Assembly (NCBI GenBank): GCA_036399495.1
Contig: DASWMZ010000159.1
Coordinates: forward strand, 30,310-94,309
Direction: 5' to 3'
Length of the DNA: 64,000 nucleotides
Origin: Pedobacter sp.
GTDB lineage: Bacteria; Bacteroidota; Bacteroidia; Sphingobacteriales; Sphingobacteriaceae
A program made the position numbers and the translations under genes. The notes beneath the pieces are model-generated. The model was not told the DNA's origin, did no database searches, and saw only the letters and a program-made list of their open reading frames with translations. This document shows positions 49,434-58,769 of the stretch, piece by piece (position 1 is the first letter of the stretch; each line of letters begins with the position of its first letter).

Positions 49434-49760
49434 ATGAATATTAAAGAAGCGCAACAAATCGTTGACCAATGGATAAAGACCACCGGCGTCCGCTATTTTA
49501 GCGAACTCACAAACACCGCAATATTAATGGAAGAAGTTGGCGAAGTAGCGCGAATCATGTCCAGAAAATATGGCGAGCAATCTTTTAAAGAATCTGATAA
49601 AAAAGTCGACTTGGGCGATGAAATGGCAGATGTACTTTTTGTGTTAATCTGCCTCGCTAACCAAACCGGCATTGACCTCACTGAAGCGCTCGAAAAGAAC
49701 CTTGAAAAGAAAAAAATTCGGGATGCCGAAAGGCATAAGGATAATGAGAAATTGAAATAG
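49434..49760 (+). CDS. MazG-like nucleotide pyrophosphohydrolase
   Basis: EEVGEVARI and LGDEMADVLFVLICLAN metal-binding helices. Confidence 0.85.
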   Translation: MNIKEAQQIVDQWIKTTGVRYFSELTNTAILMEEVGEVARIMSRKYGEQSFKESDKKVDLGDEMADVLFVLICLANQTGIDLTEALEKNLEKKKIRDAERHKDNEKLK

Positions 49761-49761
49761 G

Positions 49762-50496
49762 CTAAAGCTTTACCAATTTATCCCCATCAAGCACTGGTAT
49801 AGCGCTTGTTTCATCCACACGCAAGCAAAAAGCGATATCTTCTTCTATGCCCAGCTTCTTTAGTCGTTCACTGTGAGAGCTTTTTGAAAGGAAGCCAGCG
49901 AGGTTATCCTTCGCTAACAAATAAAGGTCTTCCGCCGCAATTGAAGCATCGTCTAAGCAATATTTATCGCTTTTGAGCTGGTGAACCACTGCTCCTGCAA
50001 AAAGGGTGTCTTCCAGATTAAAGTTATTTTTCCATCCAGCGCAGACCAGGAGAATATTCTCGTTTTCTTCGAGAAGCCATTCTGACAGCGAGCTCAAATT
50101 CAAAAATGAACCAACTACTATCTTCTTCGCCGCCCTTGAAAGTTGAATCGCATGAGTACCGTTTGTGGTTGTCAGCACAACCGTCTTACCTGCCACTTTC
50201 TCGGGCGTGTATGCAAAGGGGGAGTTTCCGAAATCAAATCCATCAACCACTTCGCCGTCACGCTCGGCTGCAAGTAAAAAGCCAGAACCATGATAGGCAG
50301 CACACTCCTCAACGTGCGAAACAGGGATAATAGCGTCGGCTCCATTTTCTATTCCATAACAAATGGATGAAGTGGCACGAAATATATCAATTACCACTAC
50401 GATGCTATTCTCCAGCTTATGAAGCGGGAGCAATGCAGGGGTTAAACAAACTTCAATCTTTAATTTATCGGTCTTGAGAGCTACAATTTTCGACAT
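49762..50496 (-). CDS. 2-phosphosulfolactate phosphatase (ComB) family protein
   Basis: VVVIDIFRATSSI block and family-typical length. Confidence 0.75.
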   Translation of the reverse strand: MSKIVALKTDKLKIEVCLTPALLPLHKLENSIVVVIDIFRATSSICYGIENGADAIIPVSHVEECAAYHGSGFLLAAERDGEVVDGFDFGNSPFAYTPEKVAGKTVVLTTTNGTHAIQLSRAAKKIVVGSFLNLSSLSEWLLEENENILLVCAGWKNNFNLEDTLFAGAVVHQLKSDKYCLDDASIAAEDLYLLAKDNLAGFLSKSSHSERLKKLGIEEDIAFCLRVDETSAIPVLDGDKLVKL

Positions 50497-50498
50497 TC

Positions 50499-51581
50499 TT
50501 ATGATTTGTAGAAGGGCATTTTTACCACCCGCGCTTTAACCGGCGTATTCCGGATATTGATATAAATTTCAGTTCCTTCAGAAGAGAACTCGGTTTGGAC
50601 ATATCCCATTCCAATAGCCTTTTGTAAGGATGGTGATTGAGTTCCGGAGGTGACGATTCCAATATCATTCCCGGAAGAATTGGTGATAGGGTAATCGTTT
50701 CTCGGTATACCACGTTCCACTAATTCAAACCCAACAAGCTTTCTTGAAACGCCTTTCTCCTTCTGAGCCTTAAACGTCTCCTTACTCACAAAATCTTTAT
50801 CAATTCTAGTTATCCAGCTTAAGCCTGCTTCTATTGGTGATGTGGTGTCGTTAATATCATTGCCATATAGACAGAAGCCCATCTCCAAGCGTAAAGTATC
50901 TCTGGCGGCTAAGCCAATTGGCTTGATTCCGTAAGGAGCGCCTACATTAAAAATGGCATCCCAAACAACCTCCGAATTCTTCGAATCAAAATAAATCTCG
51001 AAACCGCCGGCTCCGGTATAACCCGTTGCTGAAATTAGCACATTTGATATTCCTGCAAATGTTCCTTTTTGAAATGAATAGTAGGGCATCGAGGCCAAAT
51101 TGACATCTGTAAGACTTTGCAAAGCTTCAGCTGCTCGAGGACCTTGAACGGCAAGAAGTGATGTACGCTCAGAAATATTCTTCATCTCAACCCCATAGAA
51201 GTTATACTGCGAAATCCAATTCCAATCTTTTTCAATGTTAGATGCATTCACCACCAGCATATAGGTCTTCGCATCAATTCGATAAACCAATAGGTCATCC
51301 ACAATTCCGCCATCTGTATTTGGCAGGCAGGAGTATTGAACTTTTCCGTCTGTTAATTTCGAGGCATCATTAGAGGTCACCTTTTGAATAAGATCGAGGG
51401 CTCCTTCTCCTTTTAAGATGAATTCGCCCATATGACTTACATCAAAAACACCTACAGATGTCCTTACGGCTTGATGCTCAACATTTATGCCTTCGTATTG
51501 AACGGGCATGTTATATCCTGCGAAAGGAACCATTTTAGCACCTAATGAAATATGCTTTTGCGTTAAGGCGGTATTCTTCAT
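50499..51581 (-). CDS. gcvT: glycine cleavage system aminomethyltransferase T
   Basis: Blocks [31 protein letters not shown] and ARDTLRLE. The start was set at the ATG at 51581. Confidence 0.95.
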   Translation of the reverse strand: MKNTALTQKHISLGAKMVPFAGYNMPVQYEGINVEHQAVRTSVGVFDVSHMGEFILKGEGALDLIQKVTSNDASKLTDGKVQYSCLPNTDGGIVDDLLVYRIDAKTYMLVVNASNIEKDWNWISQYNFYGVEMKNISERTSLLAVQGPRAAEALQSLTDVNLASMPYYSFQKGTFAGISNVLISATGYTGAGGFEIYFDSKNSEVVWDAIFNVGAPYGIKPIGLAARDTLRLEMGFCLYGNDINDTTSPIEAGLSWITRIDKDFVSKETFKAQKEKGVSRKLVGFELVERGIPRNDYPITNSSGNDIGIVTSGTQSPSLQKAIGMGYVQTEFSSEGTEIYINIRNTPVKARVVKMPFYKS

Positions 51582-51619
51582 GCTTGAAAGAGAGGGCAAA
51601 AATAGGGAAAAAAGGGAAA

Positions 51620-52252
51620 CTAGACCGCTATCAAATCGGTTTCTTCAGATGTTTGATTAAATAGGTCTAACTGAGGATCTGTAATTCTGAAAGTACGACG
51701 ATGATAAGGGGAAAAACCATGCCTTAGAACGGCTTCGCGATGTTTTATAGTAGGATAGCCTTTATTGCTCGCCCATTCATACTCGGGGTGCAATAGAGCG
51801 ATGTTCTTCATGAAGTCATCCCGGTAGGTTTTTGCTAAAATAGAAGCTGCGGCTATCGAGTAATATTTTCCGTCGCCTTTAATAATGCATTCGTGAGGAA
51901 CCTCATTATACTTTTTAAAGCGATTTCCATCAATCAGTATAAAACCAAACTGTTGTGTTAGCTGATCGAGTGCCTTGTGCATGGCCAGGAAAGACGCATT
52001 TAAAATATTGATGCGATCAATCTCGACATGATCAACCTGTGCTACCGCATACGCAATTGCTTTCTTCTCAATAAGCTTACGCAGGGCATAGCGATCGTCT
52101 TCGCAAAGCTGTTTCGAATCGGTAAGTAATTTATGCTTAAAATTTGTGGGTAGAATTACGGCAGCAGCAAACACCGGCCCAGCCAGGCAACCTCTTCCTG
52201 CTTCATCGCAACCTGCCTCAATAAAATCCCTCTGATAAAACGAAAAAAGCAT
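51620..52252 (-). CDS. rnhB: ribonuclease HII
   Basis: Blocks [19 protein letters not shown] and ASILAK. Confidence 0.93.
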   Translation of the reverse strand: MLFSFYQRDFIEAGCDEAGRGCLAGPVFAAAVILPTNFKHKLLTDSKQLCEDDRYALRKLIEKKAIAYAVAQVDHVEIDRINILNASFLAMHKALDQLTQQFGFILIDGNRFKKYNEVPHECIIKGDGKYYSIAAASILAKTYRDDFMKNIALLHPEYEWASNKGYPTIKHREAVLRHGFSPYHRRTFRITDPQLDLFNQTSEETDLIAV

Positions 52253-52347
52253 TTTTTATTTATTCGAAAGCCAGATTATAATTATCAAACTGACCACTTT
52301 TCAAAAGTAGTTGTTTAAGAAAAGATTGCAAACCTGAATTCCTAACA

Positions 52348-53610
52348 TTAAAGGATTTTTATCGACAATAACGTAATATCATCTGAACTCATTTTTGCTT
52401 TACGCGACGTTTGAATATTTGCAAGTATACTTTTATTGATAATCTCGACCGGAACATTTCTGTGAAGCTGCAGATAATGCACTAATTCTTCTTCAGATAT
52501 GAATACATCTTCGTCTGGACTTTCTATTAATCCATCGGTGTAGTTAAAGATCAGGGAGTTAGGTGGCAAAGTTAACTTACCGGTGTTTACAAAAGGCAAC
52601 GTATCAAAGGTGCCTAAAAGCGTTGTTCCTTCCTGAAGGAACCTAAAGCCATCATCTGTAATTAAAATAGGAGAATTGTGACCGGCGTTTACGAACTGCA
52701 TCTCGCGGGTAAGTTCGTTATATCGACCCAAAAACAAAGTGATAAAGCGCTCTCCATGGGTATTATAAGTTACGATTTCATTGAGCTTGGAAATCACTTT
52801 TTCCATACTGCTTTCTACCGATGCCCAGGCTCGCAAACTCGCCTGCAAGTTGGCCATTAGCAATGCAGCTGAGATTCCTTTTCCGGACACATCAGCAATA
52901 CACCAAATAAACTCGTGCTCATTAAGGCGGATAAAATCAAAATAATCACCGCCGATATTTTCATGCGGAAGATAGGTGGCCGCAATTTCAAACCGGTCGC
53001 TCTTGGGCATTTGCAAAGGGACGAGCATGCTTTGTACTTCGCTCGCTAATTCCATATCCCGCTGGTAACGCTCTCGCTGAACGCGTTCTTTAAATAGTTT
53101 CTTATTTTCTAAAGCAACGATAATGATATTAATAAGCGTCTGTATGAAATTCAGCTCATGACTTACCAGTTCCGGTTTGGTATGAAAATCTCCAATGAGT
53201 ACAAATGCAAGTGTGTTTCTTTTGTGCCTTACGGGAACAAAGAAATCATATTCACTCAACATAGTTTCCTGATGATTGGAAAGGGAGATAATAGTTTTGG
53301 TTACCTCCAGCTCCCTACAAATCTGCTGAAGGATCTTTGCGTTTTCGTAAGTTCCACCGAATCGCGAAACGCAAGAAAATTGCTGCTCGTCTTTAATGAC
53401 AAGGCGCATTTTACCTACATTCAGGTTTACCTTCAAAACTACTTCTAGCATTTCATAAAGCACCGATGCGGCGCTGTTCTTATTAATAGCTAAAGTAACT
53501 TCAAGTAAGGCATTTAATTCAGCCTGCCGCTTAAGCAGCAACTGAATAAGATCGTTTTCCTCAGGACTTTTAGAGTTGTTTTTAAACGCTTCCAAAACTA
53601 ATTGGTTCAA
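52348..53610 (-). CDS. GAF domain-containing PP2C/SpoIIE family serine phosphatase
   Basis: C-terminal GGDYFDF ... IADVSGKGISAALLMA ... NAGHN ... TDG blocks, and an N-terminal GAF-like region. Confidence 0.85.
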   Translation of the reverse strand: MNQLVLEAFKNNSKSPEENDLIQLLLKRQAELNALLEVTLAINKNSAASVLYEMLEVVLKVNLNVGKMRLVIKDEQQFSCVSRFGGTYENAKILQQICRELEVTKTIISLSNHQETMLSEYDFFVPVRHKRNTLAFVLIGDFHTKPELVSHELNFIQTLINIIIVALENKKLFKERVQRERYQRDMELASEVQSMLVPLQMPKSDRFEIAATYLPHENIGGDYFDFIRLNEHEFIWCIADVSGKGISAALLMANLQASLRAWASVESSMEKVISKLNEIVTYNTHGERFITLFLGRYNELTREMQFVNAGHNSPILITDDGFRFLQEGTTLLGTFDTLPFVNTGKLTLPPNSLIFNYTDGLIESPDEDVFISEEELVHYLQLHRNVPVEIINKSILANIQTSRKAKMSSDDITLLSIKIL

Positions 53611-53658
53611 TTAGGCTAAATGTAATAATTAAACGGTTTCTGTATGACTTTTTTGTAA

Positions 53659-54792
53659 TTATTTTACGAGTCTGTCTTTCCAAATATATTTCCCCGAATT
53701 CCCCGCAATACCAATATAAGCAATATAAATGGTGTGAATGATAGTCAGCAAGGGTAAAAAAGCCAGTAACTCTCTTCGCTTAGCGAAATTTGTAACCGGA
53801 AATAGAAAAAGCAATTCGGCAATGCATTTTATAAGCAAAACATAACCGAGGACTGTTAAAGACGTAACAAAAAAAAGACTCAAACCGGCTGTTATGATGA
53901 TAAGCACGTTAAATAACCAAATGCTTACTCCGAGACCAACTATCTTTTTGTCTTTATACTTTGTGCTTTTTGATGCCCACCTTTTCCTTTGGCTAATAAA
54001 TTCTTTCAGATTAGGTTTTGCATGGGTATAAACCAGGGCATCGTAAGATTTACAAAATCCAATATCATTAGGGTATCTCGAAGCAACTTTGTGAAGAAAT
54101 AGTTCGTCATCCCCAGAAGCGAGCTCGTCTATTCCTTTAAAACCATCTAACTCGTTAAACACATCCTTTTTGTAAGCCAGGTTTGCCCCATTACAGGTTG
54201 AGGGATTTTTATTACCAATTGTAGCTGCTCCTAAACCAATAAGGTATAAAAACTCCAAAGTTTGCAGTCGTTCAAAAAAACTCTCTTCTTCAAAAAATAC
54301 TACAGGAGAAGAGATTAATTTATACTGATGAAGTTCGTATTGCGCCACAATAGTTGCCAGCCAATTTGTTTCCATTCTACAATCAGCATCGGTCGTTATG
54401 ATCAATTCGCCCGTTGCTTGTTTAATAGCCTCGCTAATTGCCTTCTTTTTATAAGAATTTAAAGCGGCAGATTCATTTAACCTGATAAGTTTAACACCAT
54501 CGTTTGAATAGCCTGAAATTATTTCGGCGGTTCTATCCGTGGAGTGATCATCAATGATAATGATCTCCAAAAGGTGTTTAGGATAGTTCTGCTTCAGGAT
54601 ATCTTCAATAGTTAAAGCGATTTTATCTTCTTCGTTACGAGCGGCAATCAATACACTCAACTTCGTTCCGGGAGGTTGTGATGGAATCTCAGACACATTA
54701 ATCTTCATCCAGCCAAATCTAAAATAGAGTACGGCTGCTGCGTAAAAAAAGGTTAATACCAATGTGAGAAAACTAATTGCGGCGATTATCAA
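53659..54792 (-). CDS. family 2 glycosyltransferase with C-terminal TM segments
   Basis: Blocks VLIAARNEE, IIIDDHSTD, TDADC and QRKRW. Confidence 0.88.
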   Translation of the reverse strand: MIIAAISFLTLVLTFFYAAAVLYFRFGWMKINVSEIPSQPPGTKLSVLIAARNEEDKIALTIEDILKQNYPKHLLEIIIIDDHSTDRTAEIISGYSNDGVKLIRLNESAALNSYKKKAISEAIKQATGELIITTDADCRMETNWLATIVAQYELHQYKLISSPVVFFEEESFFERLQTLEFLYLIGLGAATIGNKNPSTCNGANLAYKKDVFNELDGFKGIDELASGDDELFLHKVASRYPNDIGFCKSYDALVYTHAKPNLKEFISQRKRWASKSTKYKDKKIVGLGVSIWLFNVLIIITAGLSLFFVTSLTVLGYVLLIKCIAELLFLFPVTNFAKRRELLAFLPLLTIIHTIYIAYIGIAGNSGKYIWKDRLVK

Positions 54793-55762
54793 AGAAATTA
54801 AGTTTAGAGACGAATGCAGTGCCTAAAATAGCAGGAATAATAAGATTTACAAACCAGATAGATGCCGTTGCAGCCATGATCGCCACTTCGTTCGCCGTTA
54901 TAAAACGGAAGAGATAAGTTGCAATCATTGCTCTGATACCTACATCAAACAGATCTAAAGATGGTAACGCAGATTGAATAAAGAAGAGAATAAGAATCAT
55001 CATGATCATTTGAAAAAGTGCTATTTCGGGCACTAATAAATTAATAATCAAACAGTACTGAGAAGTAAATACAAGGAATCTTAAGGCGCTATACAAGAGG
55101 ACCGTATTTAATTCTTTAAGGTGATAACGGGCTAATATTTGAAAGAATCGCCTAAACTTTTTCAGGAAGTTAATGCTGTTCAAAACGGCTAGCAGGAAAC
55201 TGATATTAAAATATAACAGCAAAAAAAACAGACAATAAATAACAGCGAGGATACAGAGCCCGTAGTAAAGTAAGATATTCAGATCTAAATACTGCCTGAT
55301 AAACCATAACATTGCCACAGCTCCAAGGATATTGGTAATCACCATTTGGGCAATAGCACCCACTCCCATAGCAATGGCACCAAATACCCGCTTACGGGCA
55401 GGTAAAAAGAAAATTCTTCCGCCATATTCACCAATTCGGTTTGGGGTAAAAACAGCTAAGGTCAAACCGCAAAAAACCGACTCCACAGATAACAAAATAC
55501 TTATCGGTTTAATTGGCCTCACCAAAAATTGCCATTTGAGAGCTTCCAAAAACCAATTTAAAAGCATCAATGCAAATACCAGCGATAATATACTATAAGC
55601 TTTTCCTTTTGAAATGCCGTCGATCAGGCGCTCAAAGTCCTCTAGATTTTTATTATTACTGAGTTTATAATAAATAAAAACGGTTGCACACAGAAGTATG
55701 CCGACTTTTATGATGGTGTTAATTGTCCTTTTAACGTGGTTAGTCAAGTACAGAAATTTCAT
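54773..55762 (-). CDS. UPF0104 / lysylphosphatidylglycerol-synthase-TM-region-like (flippase-like) membrane protein
   Basis: About 8 TM segments and the P..IGEYGGR motif. Overlaps the downstream GT2 gene by 20 nt. Confidence 0.7.
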   Translation of the reverse strand: MKFLYLTNHVKRTINTIIKVGILLCATVFIYYKLSNNKNLEDFERLIDGISKGKAYSILSLVFALMLLNWFLEALKWQFLVRPIKPISILLSVESVFCGLTLAVFTPNRIGEYGGRIFFLPARKRVFGAIAMGVGAIAQMVITNILGAVAMLWFIRQYLDLNILLYYGLCILAVIYCLFFLLLYFNISFLLAVLNSINFLKKFRRFFQILARYHLKELNTVLLYSALRFLVFTSQYCLIINLLVPEIALFQMIMMILILFFIQSALPSLDLFDVGIRAMIATYLFRFITANEVAIMAATASIWFVNLIIPAILGTAFVSKLNFFDNRRN

Positions 55763-55829
55763 GCAATGTTACAAAAAACCTATTCATCAATCCGATAGCT
55801 TTTGCGAACCGTTTTGTTAATTTTACTAG

Positions 55830-56432
55830 ATGAATGTCGATACCTCGAAAGAGCGGATTATACTTGGAATAGACCCCGGGACTTCGGTAATGGGTTACGG
55901 ACTTGTAAAGGAAGTGAAAAAGAAGGTCGAGATGATCAACTTGGGAATTGTTAAGCTTGACCATCTCGACGATCACCCATTAAAATTAAAACGCATATTC
56001 GAGAAAACGGTAGCTCTGATTGATGAATATCATCCGGATTGTTTGGCTATTGAAGCTCCTTTTTACGGAAAGAACATCCAGGTAATGCTTAAGCTTGGAA
56101 GGGCGCAAGGTGTTGCAATGGCCGCTGCGCTTTCGAGAAACATTCCCATTTTTGAATACGCCCCGAGAAAAATAAAGCAATCTATCACCGGCAATGGTAA
56201 TGCTACAAAAGAACAGGTAGCAGCTATGCTACAAACACTATTGAAATTTACTGAAACACCACAATTTTTAGATGCTACCGATGGACTGGCTGTAGCGGTA
56301 TGCCATTCGTTTCAGCGGGTAGGCAGTGCGGGAGACAGTAAAAGTTATTCGGGTTGGGGTGCTTTTGTTAAGGATAACGAAAAAAGATTGGCTCCCGCAG
56401 TCGTGACAACGGGTAAGCCAAAAATTAGTTAG
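55830..56432 (+). CDS. ruvC: crossover junction endodeoxyribonuclease RuvC
   Basis: Blocks ILGIDPGTSVMGYG, IEAPFYGKN, and DATDGLAVAVCH. Confidence 0.93.
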   Translation: MNVDTSKERIILGIDPGTSVMGYGLVKEVKKKVEMINLGIVKLDHLDDHPLKLKRIFEKTVALIDEYHPDCLAIEAPFYGKNIQVMLKLGRAQGVAMAAALSRNIPIFEYAPRKIKQSITGNGNATKEQVAAMLQTLLKFTETPQFLDATDGLAVAVCHSFQRVGSAGDSKSYSGWGAFVKDNEKRLAPAVVTTGKPKIS

Positions 56433-56823
56433 TTACTTCTTTAGATATAGCTGCTGCTATTTCTTCAAGTTCTTTGGCATCTAGCTTTAATTTTGGCCTG
56501 GAGAAGTTTAAATCATCTATGCGGCTCATTGGCACCAAATGAATATGTACATGTGGCACTTCGAGCCCGATAACTGCTATACCAATACGAATGCAGGGTA
56601 TTGCCTTTTTTAAGCCCATTGCTACTTTCTTAGCAAAAGCGTGCAAGCCTGAATACAAATCATCGTCTAAGTCGAAAATATAATCGATTTCAACTTTTGG
56701 AATAACCAGAACATGCCCCTTTACCAGAGGATTCACATCCAGAAAAGCTAAAAAGTCATCCGTTTCTGCGACCTTGTACGCAGGTATTTCGCCAGATACG
56801 ATTTTTGAAAATATAGATGCCAT
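56425..56823 (-). CDS. HIT family (histidine triad) protein
   Basis: HVHIHLVP histidine triad. Confidence 0.9.
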   Translation of the reverse strand: MASIFSKIVSGEIPAYKVAETDDFLAFLDVNPLVKGHVLVIPKVEIDYIFDLDDDLYSGLHAFAKKVAMGLKKAIPCIRIGIAVIGLEVPHVHIHLVPMSRIDDLNFSRPKLKLDAKELEEIAAAISKEVTN

Positions 56824-57296
56824 TATCTTGAAATCTCTAAAATTTCAAACTCCATTTTCCCGGCAGGTACGGCTATCTCCACTTTATCGCCAACCGATTT
56901 TCCAAGCAAGCCTTTTGCAATAGGTGATTTTACTGATATTTTCCCCCCCTTTAAATCTGCTTCAGTCTCCGAAACCAACTGATACGTCATTGCAGCTCCG
57001 TTTTTAATATTTTTGATCTTTACAATAGAAAGAGCCAGTACTTTTGATGTATCTAATTTTGATTCATCTATCAGGCGAGCGCTTGAAAGCGACTCAGATA
57101 ATTTGGCAATTTTAGCTTCGTGCAAACCTTGTGCTTCTTTTGCGGCATCATACTCTGCGTTCTCAGATAGATCGCCTTTATCACGGGCTTCGGCAATCGC
57201 TTTAGCAATTTGCGACCTGCCTTCGGTCTTCAAAAAATGTAATTCTTCTTTAAGTTTTTCTATTCCTTCTTTAGTATAATATGTTACCTCTGCCAT
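56823..57296 (-). CDS. greA: transcription elongation factor GreA
   Basis: N-terminal coiled coil with GDLSENAEYDAAKE, and a C-terminal FKBP-like domain. Confidence 0.95.
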   Translation of the reverse strand: MAEVTYYTKEGIEKLKEELHFLKTEGRSQIAKAIAEARDKGDLSENAEYDAAKEAQGLHEAKIAKLSESLSSARLIDESKLDTSKVLALSIVKIKNIKNGAAMTYQLVSETEADLKGGKISVKSPIAKGLLGKSVGDKVEIAVPAGKMEFEILEISR

Positions 57297-57320
57297 GACT
57301 CACTTATGTTTAAACGGTAT

Positions 57321-57364
57321 AAAAAACAAACAAGACCACACCAGTTATAGCTGGTATAGTCTTG
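57321..57364 (-). terminator. rho-independent terminator between the BadF-type gene and greA
   Basis: Minus strand reads CAAGACTATACCAG-ctataa-CTGGTGTGGTCTTG followed by TTTGTTTTTTAT. The stem is fully paired only on the minus strand, using two G-U pairs that would be C-A mismatches on the plus strand. Confidence 0.75.
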
Positions 57365-57456
57365 CATGTATTAATACGAAGATATATTTAGCAAATTATA
57401 AATGCAAATTTGTTATCAAGGTAATTTGAATACTGCTGGGTGTTAGCGCGAATGAT

Positions 57457-58305
57457 TTAAACAGCTCTTTGAAGGATATATTCGGTTAAACCGAGAACAG
57501 GACTGGCGACTACTTTTCCCAATTTAATTTTATGCCTTGTACAAACCTCAGCTAAAACATCCTGAAAGAAATAAGCTATTGAGCCCACAAAATGACAAGG
57601 GTAAGATTGGCAACCGGGTTGGCGAAGAATATGGCTTTTTGCAAATTCTTCAAAGCCCTCGAATAGAATTGACCGAATTAACCTATCATTTCGGTGTTTA
57701 TACATAAACCGGGAGTACGATGCCAGATAAATGTTGGGTGAAGGTTTTTGATAAACGTGTTCGATGATAGACTCTTTCTCAATTTGATAAAGGGTCTCGA
57801 ATGACTTTTTTAATCCCGGAGCCATTAAGCCGTAGAGGTAAGAAGTTACGATCTTCTTGCCAAAGTATGCTCCTGAGCCTTCATCTCCAAGAATGAAACC
57901 CATACCATAGGTGCCGTAATCGGCCTTCTCTCCATCAAAAAAAGCAATATTGGAACCTGTACCTAATACACAGGTAAAGCCTTTGCTTGTTCCGCAGGTA
58001 GCGTAAACTGCGCCAAGAACATCATCTTCAACATTAATAAAAGCTTTTGAAAATACTTTGGATAAACCGTTTGAAACAATTTCTCTTTTATCAGGACTGG
58101 AACACCCTGCGCCAAAAAAATGAACCTCTTTTATTTTTGAATTGTATTGCTGAACCTCGTTATACCCGGCCAGAAGTTTGCAGATCTCCTTTTCGTTAAC
58201 AAAAAAGGGATTAATACCTTTCGTTGTAAACTCAATACGCTCGGTATCACTCTTAATTATTATCCAATCTACTTTTGAAGAACCGCCGTCGGCTACGAGA
58301 ATCAT
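57457..58305 (-). CDS. BadF/BadG/BcrA/BcrD-type ATPase (N-acetylglucosamine kinase-like)
   Basis: N-terminal ILVADGGSSKVDW phosphate-1 motif and GTGSN block. Confidence 0.8.
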   Translation of the reverse strand: MILVADGGSSKVDWIIIKSDTERIEFTTKGINPFFVNEKEICKLLAGYNEVQQYNSKIKEVHFFGAGCSSPDKREIVSNGLSKVFSKAFINVEDDVLGAVYATCGTSKGFTCVLGTGSNIAFFDGEKADYGTYGMGFILGDEGSGAYFGKKIVTSYLYGLMAPGLKKSFETLYQIEKESIIEHVYQKPSPNIYLASYSRFMYKHRNDRLIRSILFEGFEEFAKSHILRQPGCQSYPCHFVGSIAYFFQDVLAEVCTRHKIKLGKVVASPVLGLTEYILQRAV

Positions 58306-58697
58306 TTTTCGATCGAGTTCAATATTTTTTCGGTTAGCGGTTTACTTATAAATTTTGCTACCAAAAGATTGTTCCCTATTAGTTTTATATCATCAGGATC
58401 AAGTGACGAAGATAACATATATATTTTTACATGAGCAGTGTGCATTTCAGGAATGGAATTGAGAGTTTCAAGAAATTCAAAGCCATCCATTTCGGGCATC
58501 CGTATGTCGAGAAAAAGCACTTCCGGCAAATTGCCATCTTTCGCCGATTCTTTTATATAGGCTATTGCCTTTGATGGAGAATCCATAACTGTAACGGTAT
58601 CAGCAAATTTACTTGCCTCGAGCATCTTACTGTTAATAAGATTATCTACGTAACTATCATCAACAAGTAATACAGATTTGAATTTATTGTATTCCAT
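58302..58697 (-). CDS. stand-alone response regulator receiver protein
   Basis: Blocks VLLVDDS, VLFLDIRMPEMDG, and KPL. No output domain. Has a 4-nt overlap with the downstream kinase-like gene. Confidence 0.88.
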   Translation of the reverse strand: MEYNKFKSVLLVDDSYVDNLINSKMLEASKFADTVTVMDSPSKAIAYIKESAKDGNLPEVLFLDIRMPEMDGFEFLETLNSIPEMHTAHVKIYMLSSSLDPDDIKLIGNNLLVAKFISKPLTEKILNSIEK

Positions 58698-58769
58698 ACA
58701 AGGTTTTAACCAGCCCTATTTACGCATTTATAGAATTAAATGTTGTATAAAACTATAAATAATATTTAA

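Noticed and set aside
51582-51619. Glycine riboswitch upstream of gcvT
   Set aside because: Only 38 nt separate gcvT from the rnhB stop. That is too short for a glycine aptamer, and no conserved core is seen.
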